A stretch of 64,000 bases of DNA from Candidatus Poribacteria bacterium (GCA_965214095.1 OZ243938.1:608001-672000), one strand, 5' to 3'; positions 48,901 through 58,728 are shown, counted from the stretch's first letter. Notes: a model not told the origin generated them from the letters alone. Numbers and translations: made by a program.

Positions 48901-50021
48901 CGCCTGAAGGCACAGTACCATCAAATCCTGAACAGGCAAATACCGCGCCAGCACAACAGCCAACACCGCAACCTGAACCGAGAAGAAGGTTTAGACGTGG
49001 TGGAAGCGGAATTGCACACGTTTATTTTCTTGATGACAAAAATGCATGGGCAGTAGGAAGTGCCGGGAGCATCTATCACACAGCAGATAGCGGAAAAACT
49101 TGGGAACGTCAACTCGGTGAACAGCAACGGAATAACTTCAGAGAAGTTCTCTTTTACAACGATATGACCGGTTGGATTGCAAGTAGTGATGGCACCCTGA
49201 TAGAAACACAAGATGGTGGTAAAACATGGGAAAAACTTGCTATCAGAACAAACCAACGTCTTATAGGAATTCACTTCGCAAGTCTTGACCCAAAATGGGG
49301 TTGGACAATGCGAAGTGATGGAACAGTCCTTTACACCACTGATGGAAAGACTTGGACAGCAGGGGACACACCTGAAAGACCGCCATTTATTGAAGGTGAC
49401 CCACCGGGGCGATACTCAATCAACGATGTTGATTTTGGCAAATTTTCCGAAGGATGGGGTGTTGGTAGATTTGGTGACATCATACATAACAAAGATGGCG
49501 GGCCTACCTGGACATTGCAACGCACAACTGCCAATGACACCCTCACAAGTGTTGACATGAAATTTGCGCCACTCGGTTGGGCAGTTGGTCAAAGTGGCGT
49601 AATACAAAGGACTATCAACGGTGGAGAATACTGGCGAATGCACGAATCTAACACAATATATGACCTAACTTCTGTATCATTTATTACAAAACGGAAGGGA
49701 TGGGCAGTTGGAGAAGGTGGTATTGTCCTCAAAACTGTGGATGGTGGATTTACATGGCAACCCAAAATGTCTGGCAATACAAACACTTTGAATAGTATAA
49801 TCGCACTATCAGAAAAGGTTATATACGCTTGTGGTGATGCAGGAACAATTATACGTTCATCCGATGGTGGTGAAACTTGGCAACAAGAGCATACCGATAT
49901 AGATAACGACCTCTATGTCATCACCCGTGCAAAAGAAGGTAATTCACTTTGGGTTGTTGGTCAATGGGGAGTTATTCTACGGAGAAAAGTAGAAAATCCA
50001 CTACACGCGTCAACGCGGTAA
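45966..50021 (+). CDS. YCF48/BNR (Asp-box) multi-propeller lipoprotein
   Basis: Lipobox-like LINGC; more than 25 repeats of F.D...GWAVG..G.I.HT.DGG.TW. Confidence 0.9.
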   Translation: MEEKRMQFKYNKNSYRNWIKRTALFPYVFILSIMLLINGCVKMEATRKADWETNFTDLHFVNVNKGWIVGLGGTIVHTADGGKTWAKQEVNTTGDFKAVYFANENDGWAVGTDGLIATTDDGGRFWSLQKSGTSAMLRDVFFANGKEGWVVGEDSDVLYTYNAGKSWGRLEAVSEFPLNGVWFVDNDRGWVVGTYDRIFHTKTGGESWNEQSNRFEGERDRLINDNKKVFFISNNEGWIAGSDGSIFHTTSGGVSWEKQDSRIPLINGHVRETINSIHFVDKNYGIAVADIGFITRTEDGGDNWQLMESSIENNLTGVQFTSRNEAWAVGWSGTIMHSEDSGKTWEMVSGTTANDLQNVQFTDANRAIAIGERGTMAVTNDGGETWKELDNEIWDGIWNIYFATDKHGWAVGERGLIIHSNDGGTNWEPQRAPAPFALRAVHFISENVGWIVGDMGTIIHTIDGGNIWLPQIPIGDFLSVMLKGVFFLDEKTGWAIGWPGVCIATKDGGLSWQQQSTDTFNELYGVYFIDENTGWIVGQFGEILHTKNGGKDWNIQHSGTQENLNKLYFADAQHGLIVGDNGIMLTTVNGGKKWELQDSGTENDLYGLALSPDGVVAVGKGGIAMRYSVDNMKIPAKLPPTATEPEVVVVDEEKPVVPVVYHWDIIRQATWRTDFSDTHFVDANTGWAVGSAGAIAHTKDGGKTWLPQHSGVSVNLRDVEFTDHQNGRILASNMILQTDNGGETWKPMVKTTQQNLPRISMMKFINKDVGWLGASIGQVLHTTDGGKTWQVQKTGTTNANITDLHFINALEGWAIAPQRRDGGFVLQTVDGGKYWKIQSKTNQSGTAIHFSDAKNGWVILGNGNSLLSNDGGETWKLQITKQSPGRLRRITFRSHTSAWGIGGGGAFITEDQGLNWQQIPVSTGNQMIAMRQPPPETPEQSDTDEENKDQETAATEEFNPFDSLQRQLSQQRQQPGNLAPEGTVPSNPEQANTAPAQQPTPQPEPRRRFRRGGSGIAHVYFLDDKNAWAVGSAGSIYHTADSGKTWERQLGEQQRNNFREVLFYNDMTGWIASSDGTLIETQDGGKTWEKLAIRTNQRLIGIHFASLDPKWGWTMRSDGTVLYTTDGKTWTAGDTPERPPFIEGDPPGRYSINDVDFGKFSEGWGVGRFGDIIHNKDGGPTWTLQRTTANDTLTSVDMKFAPLGWAVGQSGVIQRTINGGEYWRMHESNTIYDLTSVSFITKRKGWAVGEGGIVLKTVDGGFTWQPKMSGNTNTLNSIIALSEKVIYACGDAGTIIRSSDGGETWQQEHTDIDNDLYVITRAKEGNSLWVVGQWGVILRRKVENPLHASTR

Positions 50022-50034
50022 TACGAGTTTTCGT

Positions 50035-50165
50035 TATACCATTTCTAAATGATGATTTACCATTATAGAGACACGCGTTCGTAGTCGCGCAATTCATTGC
50101 GCCTCTTACATTCACAAAACCTCGCAACTCTTCTAATGCGACTTTATTTCTTAGAATTGGTATTA
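50035..50165. mobile_element. TACCATTTCTAA..TTAGAATTGGTA shell with GTAGTCGCGC REP
   Basis: Terminal inverted repeats plus an identical REP at 50081. Confidence 0.7.
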
Positions 50166-50283
50166 TATTCCAGACGTTGCTTTATTTTGTGTAACCCTTA
50201 TGAAAGAAAAAATCGTTACGTTCTGTAACAACTTACTCAATCATAGATTGATATCTATAAGCAGATTTTGAGAGCAAATCTAA

Positions 50284-52071
50284 ATGCAAGAAACCAATCA
50301 ACCTGAAGACTATTTAGAACGACTTCGCCATTCAACCGCGCATATTATGGCGTATGCAGTACAACAACTGTTTCCTGACGGTGAAAACACTGTCAAACTC
50401 GCAATCGGTCCCCCAATAGAAAATGAATTCTATTATGATATGGAGGTACCACGTCCAATAACACCCGATGATTTTCCTGAAATTGAAAAACACATGAAGG
50501 CAATGATTAAATCCAATGTGCCTTTTGTACAGGAAACATGGAGCTATGATGAAGCACGTGAATGGTTTGGTGAACGCAACCAAAAGTTCAAACTTGAACT
50601 GATTGAAGGTATTTCTGACCAAGAAGTCAATGCTTCAGATGAAGGTGTTGCTGACGAAGGTGTATCTATATATCACAATGGTGACTTTACAGATCTTTGT
50701 AAAGGTCCGCACGTAGAAAAAACAGGAGAATGTTGGCATTTTAAGTTACTACGTGTTTCGGGAGCATATTGGCGTGGCGATAGCAACCGTGAGCAGCTAC
50801 AACGAATATACGGCACGGCATGGAAAACAAAAAAAGACCTACAAGCATTTATAAAACAACGCGAAGAAGCGGCAAAACGAGATCATCGGAAATTGGGACG
50901 TGAACTGGAACTTTTTCAAATGCATCCAGAGTCACCAGGAAGTGTCTTTTGGCTACCGAAAGGCGCATTTATATATAATCATCTATCTGAAAAGGTCAGA
51001 AAACTCAATCTCAGCGAAGGTTACCAAGAGGTACGGACTCCACTTATCTACGACAGCAGTCTATGGCAAACATCAGGGCATTGGGAACACTTTAAGGATG
51101 ATATGTTCCTCATTGAGAATGAGGATGGTGAGCCAACAAGTGCACTCAAACCGATGAACTGTCCAGCACACATGCTAATTTACAAGAGCGTCCGGCACAG
51201 TTACCGTGATTTGCCATACAGACTCCATGATCAAGGCGTACTACATCGAAATGAAGCAACTGGAACATTGAGCGGTTTATCTCGCGTCCGTCAATTGTGT
51301 CAAGATGACGCACACAACTTCGTCACTGAAGACCAGATTGCTGATGAATATGAACGAATTCTTGAACTTTTCCAACGTATTTACGGTAGTTTTGACCTTC
51401 CCTTCCGATGTGACTTCAGCACACGAAATCCTGAAAAATTTATGGGAGATGTAGATGTTTGGAATCGTGCTGAGGATATACTTGAATCTGTCTTGAAAAA
51501 CAACGAGATTGAGTATTCAGTTGAACCGGGTGAAGCGGCATTTTATGGTCCAAAACTTGATTTCCAAGTGCGTGATTCATTAAATAGAGATGTACAATGT
51601 GCAACCGTCCAACTCGATTTTCAACTGCCAGAACGGTTCGAATTGATATATATTGCACCGGATGGATCTGAAAAGAGACCTGTTGTAATTCACCGTGCTA
51701 TATGTGGTAGTTTTGAAAGATTCATTGCAATGCTCATTGAACACTATGCGGGCGCGTTCCCAACCTGGCTTTCACCTGTTCAATGCGTTGTCATGACAAT
51801 CAGTCAGAAATTTGTTGATTATGCAACAGAAGTTCAAAGCCTACTTCTACAGAAAAACTGTCGTGTTGCATTGGATAACAGTGATGACAAAATAGGCGCG
51901 AAAATTCGTCAAGCACGTTTACAACGAGTACCATATATGTTAATCATCGGAGAACGTGAACAGGAAAACAGAACTGTCAGTGTCCGAAGTCGTGATGAAG
52001 GGGATATCGGTGCGATGAACCTTGAGACTTTCGTTGACAAAATCATTAAAGAAGCCGATTTAGATTTCTAA
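50284..52071 (+). CDS. thrS: Threonine--tRNA ligase (short form, no N-terminal TGS domain)
   Basis: RHSTAHIMA, DLCKGPHV, KRDHRKLG, KPMNCP, AFYGPKLD, IHRAICGSFERF. Confidence 0.97.
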   Translation: MQETNQPEDYLERLRHSTAHIMAYAVQQLFPDGENTVKLAIGPPIENEFYYDMEVPRPITPDDFPEIEKHMKAMIKSNVPFVQETWSYDEAREWFGERNQKFKLELIEGISDQEVNASDEGVADEGVSIYHNGDFTDLCKGPHVEKTGECWHFKLLRVSGAYWRGDSNREQLQRIYGTAWKTKKDLQAFIKQREEAAKRDHRKLGRELELFQMHPESPGSVFWLPKGAFIYNHLSEKVRKLNLSEGYQEVRTPLIYDSSLWQTSGHWEHFKDDMFLIENEDGEPTSALKPMNCPAHMLIYKSVRHSYRDLPYRLHDQGVLHRNEATGTLSGLSRVRQLCQDDAHNFVTEDQIADEYERILELFQRIYGSFDLPFRCDFSTRNPEKFMGDVDVWNRAEDILESVLKNNEIEYSVEPGEAAFYGPKLDFQVRDSLNRDVQCATVQLDFQLPERFELIYIAPDGSEKRPVVIHRAICGSFERFIAMLIEHYAGAFPTWLSPVQCVVMTISQKFVDYATEVQSLLLQKNCRVALDNSDDKIGAKIRQARLQRVPYMLIIGEREQENRTVSVRSRDEGDIGAMNLETFVDKIIKEADLDF

Positions 52072-52112
52072 TTTCACTTCCTACACATAAAAATATCTAA
52101 GGAGCAAATCAA

Positions 52113-52715
52113 ATGAAAAAATTATTGTCATGTCTATTGTTTGTAGGCATCATCGTTTCTGTTGGATGTGGACCAACCAAACAGGTCACTCGAATTGATA
52201 GCGATACCACCGTTGACTTATCTGGTCGTTGGAACGATACTGATTCCCGTTTAGTAGCGGACCAAATTATTGATGACTGTTTGAACCACACCTGGATTAA
52301 CGACCACGGTATTCAGACCAGTAGTAAACCTATTGTAATTGTCGGAGCTATTCGTAATAAGAGCAACGAACACATTGCAACACAAACATTCGTTGTTGAC
52401 ATTGAACAGGCATTTATCAATTCTGGAAAAGTTCGGACGGTCTCAAGTAAAAGTGAACGTGATGAGATACGAGAGGAACGCGCAGACCAGAGTGAAAACG
52501 CAGCTATTGAAACCATCAAACGGATGGGACGCGAATTAGGGGCAGATTATATGATGACTGGTCAAATAAATACTATTGAAGACCGCGAAGGTGGGAAACA
52601 AATTGTATTCTATAAGACTAATCTCACATTGACACACATTGAAAGCAATGAGAAAGTATGGATCGGGACAAAAGAGATTAAAAAGTTTATCGGGCGTAAA
52701 AAGTTTAAGATGTAA
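52113..52715 (+). CDS. Penicillin-binding protein activator LpoB family lipoprotein
   Basis: Lipobox VGC; DLSGRWNDTD, NKSNEHI, GADYMMTGQI. Confidence 0.8.
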   Translation: MKKLLSCLLFVGIIVSVGCGPTKQVTRIDSDTTVDLSGRWNDTDSRLVADQIIDDCLNHTWINDHGIQTSSKPIVIVGAIRNKSNEHIATQTFVVDIEQAFINSGKVRTVSSKSERDEIREERADQSENAAIETIKRMGRELGADYMMTGQINTIEDREGGKQIVFYKTNLTLTHIESNEKVWIGTKEIKKFIGRKKFKM

Positions 52716-52829
52716 TACCATTTCTAATAGAAAACATCGCATTTTTGTAGCACAAACTGCCAGTTTGTGCCCTCCTTCAAGACATTCTTAACAGATGTTA
52801 ATGGGATAAACATCTATAGAAATGGTATA
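52714..52829. mobile_element. ~116-bp MITE-like element (copy 2 of 3)
   Basis: Near-identical to the 20013 and 55805 copies; begins at the TAA stop of the lpoB-like gene. Confidence 0.8.
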
Positions 52830-52914
52830 AGATGAACTACAACTAATTTGTTGAAGAGGTGGTTGGGCGGGTAATGATTCCCGCCCTCTCTTATTATTTA
52901 ATAGCAGTGATTTT

Positions 52915-54267
52915 ATGACGAAATTATTTCCATTACTACTAATTGTTCTAATAACAGTTGGTTGTGCCGGTTACAAATTTGAAAAAGTTGAAAATGGTTT
53001 AGAATCTGGCAAACCATCCGTTGCTTATAATTACCTTAAGAAAAATTCTCCCAAAAAACCTGATATACCCCATCAATTTGAATTAGGGTTGACCGGACAT
53101 TATGCTAATCTATTCACAGAAAGCAGCAAAGTGTTTGACTTGGCACAAGACATTGCAGAAGAACGATTTACAAAAAGTGTGTCGGTAGAAGCTTTATCAC
53201 TTGTTACTTCTGATCAACTACGACCATACCCTAGCACAAAATATGAGAGGCTACTGAGTCACTATTACAGTATCCTAAATTATATCTATGATGGAAGTCT
53301 TGAGGGAGCAGTCGTTGAATGCAAGCAGGCTACAAATCTAATTCAATATTTCAAAGGAGAAGAGAAAGACTACAACTATTTTGCAACAGGATTTCTCGCA
53401 CACTTATGTGCAATGGTCTTTGAAGCAGCCGGAGAACTGAATGATGCATTTATTTCATATAAACAAGCTGCAGAATACTATAAACACGCCTCCAGATACA
53501 CAAGTGTTGCGCCGCCTGTAGATGTTGGCCACTCATTAGTTCGTGTATCTCAAAAACTCGGATTTACAGACGAATATGAACGTTTTCGCAAACAGTACGG
53601 TGATACGCCTCAGCAACCTGAAAACTACGGTGAGTTGATACTCTTTTATGAAACTGGGTTTGTCCCTCGCAAGATAGAAGAGTCATTGACTTTTCCAATT
53701 TTAACTACAGATAGATTTGGTGAAAAAGATAACAAAGATAGCATGAAGTTTGCACGAACATTGAGAACACGAGAAGGTATGGTAGTGGAAGAGATAAAAT
53801 TAGAATATCTTCTACGGGTTGCCATGCCAACAATTCGATCAAAACGTCCGAAATTTGCTGGAATACAAGTATCGGTTGGTGATCATACCGCACAAGGCGT
53901 GTTGATAGAAGATGTTGAGAATATGGCGATTGAAACCCTCAATGCACAACGCACCATTATACTTATTCGTACATTAGCACGCGCTTTAGGTAAATATCTT
54001 TTATTTCGTGAAGCAAAAAAGAAAAGTACAGCATTAGGAATTGTCGCAAACCTCGCAGGTGTTCTCACCGAAAGTGCAGATACGCGATCTTGGCAAACAC
54101 TACCAAATCAGATATACATGGTACGGATGCCACTTCCTGCAGGAAATCATAGGCTAAAACTATCGTTTTTGAATGCTGCTGGAAATGTTAGAAGAAGCAA
54201 TCCTAACATTGAAGTGCAGATAAACCCAAATCAGATTTCCTTTCTAAATTACCGAACTTATGACTAA
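52915..54267 (+). CDS. COG3014-like lipoprotein (TPR-like), usually found next to LpoB
   Basis: Lipobox VGC; PY...YE; ESADTRSWQTLP motif. Confidence 0.75.
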   Translation: MTKLFPLLLIVLITVGCAGYKFEKVENGLESGKPSVAYNYLKKNSPKKPDIPHQFELGLTGHYANLFTESSKVFDLAQDIAEERFTKSVSVEALSLVTSDQLRPYPSTKYERLLSHYYSILNYIYDGSLEGAVVECKQATNLIQYFKGEEKDYNYFATGFLAHLCAMVFEAAGELNDAFISYKQAAEYYKHASRYTSVAPPVDVGHSLVRVSQKLGFTDEYERFRKQYGDTPQQPENYGELILFYETGFVPRKIEESLTFPILTTDRFGEKDNKDSMKFARTLRTREGMVVEEIKLEYLLRVAMPTIRSKRPKFAGIQVSVGDHTAQGVLIEDVENMAIETLNAQRTIILIRTLARALGKYLLFREAKKKSTALGIVANLAGVLTESADTRSWQTLPNQIYMVRMPLPAGNHRLKLSFLNAAGNVRRSNPNIEVQINPNQISFLNYRTYD

Positions 54268-54282
54268 GTCACTTGACCACAT

Positions 54283-54501
54283 AATAGTGAATTATAAAAT
54301 TAGTAGTCGCGCAATTCATTGCGCCTCTTACATTCACAGGTATGTGAGGTTACTAATACCAATCAAAAAAAAAATGAATGTGCATAAAGAAAAAGATTGT
54401 TCGTAGTCGCGCAATTCATTGCGCCTCTTACATTCACAGGTATGCAAGGTTTACTAACATCGCCTAAGCAGAGTGTTCAAATAATTTCAAAATCTACTAT
54501 A
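54283..54501. mobile_element. TAGTGAATTATAAA..CAAAATCTACTATA shell with two GTAGTCGCGC REPs
   Basis: Same outer arms as 11759-11860 but different internal REPs (54303, 54403). Confidence 0.7.
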
Positions 54502-54525
54502 TTATAGATTTCGTGGACAAAAAAA

Positions 54526-55686
54526 ATGCAACGTATTTACCTTGATTACAACGCCACTACACCTCTCCGGCCTGAAGTCCGTGATGCAATGATGCCATAT
54601 CTTACCGAGGCATTTGGAAACGGTTCAAGCATACATGCTTATGGACGTGAAGCACGCAATGCTATTGACACCGCAAGGGAGCAAGTTGCTGAACTCATCG
54701 GTGCTAAGAGTCCAAGTGAAATTATCTTCACAGGGAGTGGCACAGAAGCAGACAACCACGCCATCAAAGGACTTACGGAACTACAAAAAAGTCGTGGAGA
54801 AGGCAACCACATCATCACCTCTTCCGTTGAACATCATGCAGTTTTACATACATGTCAATATCTGGAACAACGCGGTTATGAAATAACTTACCTTCCTGTA
54901 GACCGATATGGTCGAATCAATCCTGATCAATTACGTACCGCTATACGAGATACTACAATTCTGTTCTCGATTATGCATGTCAACAATGAAAATGGTACAG
55001 TCCAACCGTTGGAAACGATCTGCCAAATAGCACAAGAACACGAGATCCCAGTTCATACTGATGCGGTTCAATCAATTGGGAAATTGGAAATTGATGTACA
55101 GGAAATGGGTGTTAATCTCTTATCTCTATCAGGACACAAAATCTATGCTCCCAAAGGTATCGGTGTCCTCTACATCCGTCGTGGTACCAGATTAGCAAAT
55201 CTCGTCCATGGTGGATCACACGAAAGGAATAGACGTGCCGGTTCAGAGAACGTTCCTGCTATTGTTGGTCTTGGTGTCGCTGCTGAACTTGCGAAACTGG
55301 AGCGCGACAATTATAATCAGCATCTCAATAAACTAACGCTTAGGTTACGTGATGGACTTGACGCACACATTGATCGTTTACACTATAACGGACATCCTGA
55401 ACACTGTGTCCCAGGAACACTGAATGTCTCTTTTGAAGCCGTTGAGGGTGAAAGTCTTATCTTGCGTTTAGATATGGAAGGCGTTTGTGTCTCAACAGGA
55501 TCAGCATGCACTTCAGGTTCTATGGAACCTTCACATGTGCTCGCAGCACTTGGATTACCACCCAGATTAGCGCAGGGTACTGTTCGGTTTTCTCTCGGTA
55601 GAAACACTACAGAACAGGAAATTGACACCGTGATAGCAAAATTACCAAAGGTCATTAAACAGATGCGAACCTTGTATCGTGGTTAG
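54526..55686 (+). CDS. iscS: Cysteine desulfurase (IscS/NifS type)
   Basis: YLDYNATTP, HTDAVQ, SGHKIYAPKG, STGSACTSG. Confidence 0.92.
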   Translation: MQRIYLDYNATTPLRPEVRDAMMPYLTEAFGNGSSIHAYGREARNAIDTAREQVAELIGAKSPSEIIFTGSGTEADNHAIKGLTELQKSRGEGNHIITSSVEHHAVLHTCQYLEQRGYEITYLPVDRYGRINPDQLRTAIRDTTILFSIMHVNNENGTVQPLETICQIAQEHEIPVHTDAVQSIGKLEIDVQEMGVNLLSLSGHKIYAPKGIGVLYIRRGTRLANLVHGGSHERNRRAGSENVPAIVGLGVAAELAKLERDNYNQHLNKLTLRLRDGLDAHIDRLHYNGHPEHCVPGTLNVSFEAVEGESLILRLDMEGVCVSTGSACTSGSMEPSHVLAALGLPPRLAQGTVRFSLGRNTTEQEIDTVIAKLPKVIKQMRTLYRG

Positions 55687-55712
55687 TATTCTGTCTACCT
55701 TTATTTTAAAGG

Positions 55713-55920
55713 TAATACCATTTCTGAAAAATAACTTCTCATTAAGAAAGGAACCGTTCGTAGTCGCGCAATTCATTGCGCCTCTTACATTCTCTATTTT
55801 AAGTTATACCATTTCTAATAGAAAACGCCGCATTTTTGTAGCACAAACTGCCAGTTTGTGCAGTCCTTCAAGACATTCTTAACAAATGTTAATGGGATAA
55901 ACATTTATAGAAATGGTATT
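55713..55920. mobile_element. Two adjacent or nested TACCATTTCT-type MITEs between convergent genes (includes copy 3 of the ~116-bp element at 55805)
   Basis: Matches the 12799 element, then the 20013/52714 element. Confidence 0.75.
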
Positions 55921-55935
55921 ACATTCATCAAAAAT

Positions 55936-58563
55936 CTAATACTTTGCTTTCCTCGGATTCCAAAATGCACAGATAATCGCAGTAATCGGTATTGCTAATA
56001 CCAAACCAAGTGTCCCCGCAAGTAACCTCACAATCTCTGCTGATACAACACCTAAGCTTAACATCTGTACCGTAGGTGCTAAAAATAATTCATGACTTTC
56101 AGTCGTAATCGTCATTATCAGTAACAATTCAACGCCAAGATATGCGAATACAAGCGTATTGATCATTGTTCCAAGAATATCAGTCCCTACATTGAGACCA
56201 GAAGTAATCAATCGCCAGGTAGGCATGTTCGGATTTGCTCGGCGTATTTCCTCCATACTTGATGCTACCTCAATTGCCCCATCTACAGCAACTCCTAACA
56301 CACCCATTAACATACCTGCTATCAATAGTTGGACAAATACAAACGGTGGATTACGCGTTGCTTCAACAATATCTGCAGCAATCGCAGTTTCTAAGCCAGT
56401 AAAATGCAATTGGTTTTGTGCAAAGAGCAGGATGAGACCTGCAACGAGAATGCCACCCATTGTGCCAAGTACTGCTGAAAAAGTCTTACGGCTTGGGCCA
56501 ATAACAAAAACCAAAGAAACAAATGCTACTACGCCAGATGTCAATGTAACTACAAGCACTGCATTCATTCCTTGTGAAATCAGCGGAAGCATAAAGTAAT
56601 AGATCACTGCACCTGAGATTATCATGGCACATACGGTACGGATACCTTCCATTCTACCGACAAGGATGATAAGCAGAAACATTCCGCCAACAAACCAAAT
56701 CAGAAACCTATCCCGACCGTATTCCTGTACAATGTTTACCAGACCAATCTGTTCTGGATCGCCACTGACCTTACACACAACTATATCCCCCGGTTCTGCT
56801 GGAATACTCAACAATGGCATACCGTGATTGACAACGTTACGTAATATCAGATGCTTTCCTTTATACATTCCACCCAGTATCTCTACTTCAACCACATGAT
56901 TCTCTGATTCTGAGTCATATACATTCAATGTATTAGTCCCGTCTTGACTCATACGAATACTAAATGTCTGTTCATATTCTGGATCGGAGATCAGCCACCG
57001 ACTGTCTTTCCAAGGTTTAATTGAAACTGTTGACTTTTCTGACAAAGAAAATTGGTTATCTACGAATGCTTGTTCTAATTCTGATGGCACAATTTTTCTG
57101 TCCAAGATATCTGCATTTGATACGTCAATGGAGAACAGGAATAACCCCGTAGATTCAACTAATCGTAATACTCTTCCCTTTACATATTCCTGTTTTGATG
57201 CCAGTTGTCCTTGTTCGTCGTGCACTTCTGATATCGTAGCAGACATGCCTTGAATTCGAAAATAGAGCACAGTTGTAACAATTAGAACGAGTATCATCGC
57301 CAATGGCACTGCGGTGCGTTTAGAAAAGATAGATCGACCACCATGCGCGCTTTCGTCTCCAAATAACTCTTCCAATTCTTCTTCTGTTGGTATGTTCTCA
57401 TGGATTTCTGATCTTTGGACTTTAGTATATTTCGTGAGGAAACCAGCAACAGTCGCTGCAATTGGCACAGTCAGGACTAAGCCGATAGTTCCAACTACTG
57501 CTTGGATAATCGCAACTGTTGTTGTTTCTTCGTTGACTAAACGTAAAAATGGATACAATATACCTGCCTCTGGAAAATCAATACGCGGCAGTAACATCGT
57601 AATCATGTGTGCACCCAAATACGCAAAGATAAGCGTATCTGCCATCGTTCCCATAATATCCCGACCAACATTCAAACCCGCACGTATTGATTGACGCACC
57701 GTGATATTCGGATTTACTTGTTTTACCTCATGCACACTTGAGGAGATAGACATACTGACATCCATCATCGCCCCAACCGCACCTAAAATGATACCAGCAG
57801 AGAGTATTCCTGTGAAATTCCAATGATGTGAGCCTGCTGTCCTCCACAAAGCCAATCCAAGTTCCAAATAACCAAACTCTTGTGCTAATCCTGTTAATGC
57901 CATCACATGTTGACTGATAATTGAAAGCACGCCAACAGCAGTTAAACCACCCAGAGTACCAAGCACGCCGGAGATAACTTTATAACTAAATCCTGTAATG
58001 AAGAGAAATGTTACGAATGTAAGGAACGATGCAATGAGTAGTGCCACCATAATCGGGTTGTATCCACGCATCATTAATGGTACAAGAAGGTAAATGACTG
58101 ATAGTGCCGTAACAAACAGTGTCAATATAGCTCGCACACCTTTCATGCCAGCCACAAGTATCATCATGATACATAATGCACCAGCAAGATACAGTAGAAA
58201 AGGTGTTCGAAAGTAATCCCCAATGGAGACAGAATAAATTGTAGGATTATTAGGATCTCTGATCTGAATATCAAGGTAAACGATATCGTCTTTGCTAAAC
58301 ACACGATCACTATATTGACGACCATACCAGATATTATTTACCTTAACAGTTTCACCGCGAAATTCCCCAGAGAGAACACGTAATGTAAGTATTTGATCGA
58401 TGTCACCCCCTGTATCAATATCTGTCACCTTACCCAAACAGACCAAAATCTGCAATGCACCCTGTTCTGTCATAGCGGCAAAACTATACAGTTTGAAATG
58501 TAGGAATATAACACCAAACAGGATTAAGAGAATTCCGATGATTCTTATATATGATTCGCGCAT
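55936..58563 (-). CDS. Tandem YibE/F family membrane protein with a soluble insertion
   Basis: Two YibE/F units (LGAVGAMMDVS..GRDIMGTM..TLIFAY and LGVAVDG..GTDILGTMINTLVFAY). Confidence 0.85.
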   Translation of the reverse strand: MRESYIRIIGILLILFGVIFLHFKLYSFAAMTEQGALQILVCLGKVTDIDTGGDIDQILTLRVLSGEFRGETVKVNNIWYGRQYSDRVFSKDDIVYLDIQIRDPNNPTIYSVSIGDYFRTPFLLYLAGALCIMMILVAGMKGVRAILTLFVTALSVIYLLVPLMMRGYNPIMVALLIASFLTFVTFLFITGFSYKVISGVLGTLGGLTAVGVLSIISQHVMALTGLAQEFGYLELGLALWRTAGSHHWNFTGILSAGIILGAVGAMMDVSMSISSSVHEVKQVNPNITVRQSIRAGLNVGRDIMGTMADTLIFAYLGAHMITMLLPRIDFPEAGILYPFLRLVNEETTTVAIIQAVVGTIGLVLTVPIAATVAGFLTKYTKVQRSEIHENIPTEEELEELFGDESAHGGRSIFSKRTAVPLAMILVLIVTTVLYFRIQGMSATISEVHDEQGQLASKQEYVKGRVLRLVESTGLFLFSIDVSNADILDRKIVPSELEQAFVDNQFSLSEKSTVSIKPWKDSRWLISDPEYEQTFSIRMSQDGTNTLNVYDSESENHVVEVEILGGMYKGKHLILRNVVNHGMPLLSIPAEPGDIVVCKVSGDPEQIGLVNIVQEYGRDRFLIWFVGGMFLLIILVGRMEGIRTVCAMIISGAVIYYFMLPLISQGMNAVLVVTLTSGVVAFVSLVFVIGPSRKTFSAVLGTMGGILVAGLILLFAQNQLHFTGLETAIAADIVEATRNPPFVFVQLLIAGMLMGVLGVAVDGAIEVASSMEEIRRANPNMPTWRLITSGLNVGTDILGTMINTLVFAYLGVELLLIMTITTESHELFLAPTVQMLSLGVVSAEIVRLLAGTLGLVLAIPITAIICAFWNPRKAKY

Positions 58564-58590
58564 ATTTTATTTAAGAAGAAATATCGTATA

Positions 58591-58728
58591 TATAGTAAAA
58601 ATCATAATTATTTACACACGACGGTAGGTTCGGTTTCCTAACCGAACCGGTGTTTGTTCAGTCTCATAGATGCGGTTAGGAAACCGCATCTACCGGGGAG
58701 TGTGAACGTATTTTTACATTTCACTATA
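58591..58728. mobile_element. 138-bp MITE-like element with REP doublet
   Basis: TATAGTAAAA..TTTCACTATA ends; unexpanded form of 24560-24769. Confidence 0.8.

Noticed and set aside
54526-55686. Dedicated selenocysteine lyase linked to the selenoproteins
   Set aside because: The sequence is an ordinary IscS/NifS-type enzyme and no sel genes are adjacent, so a link cannot be supported.
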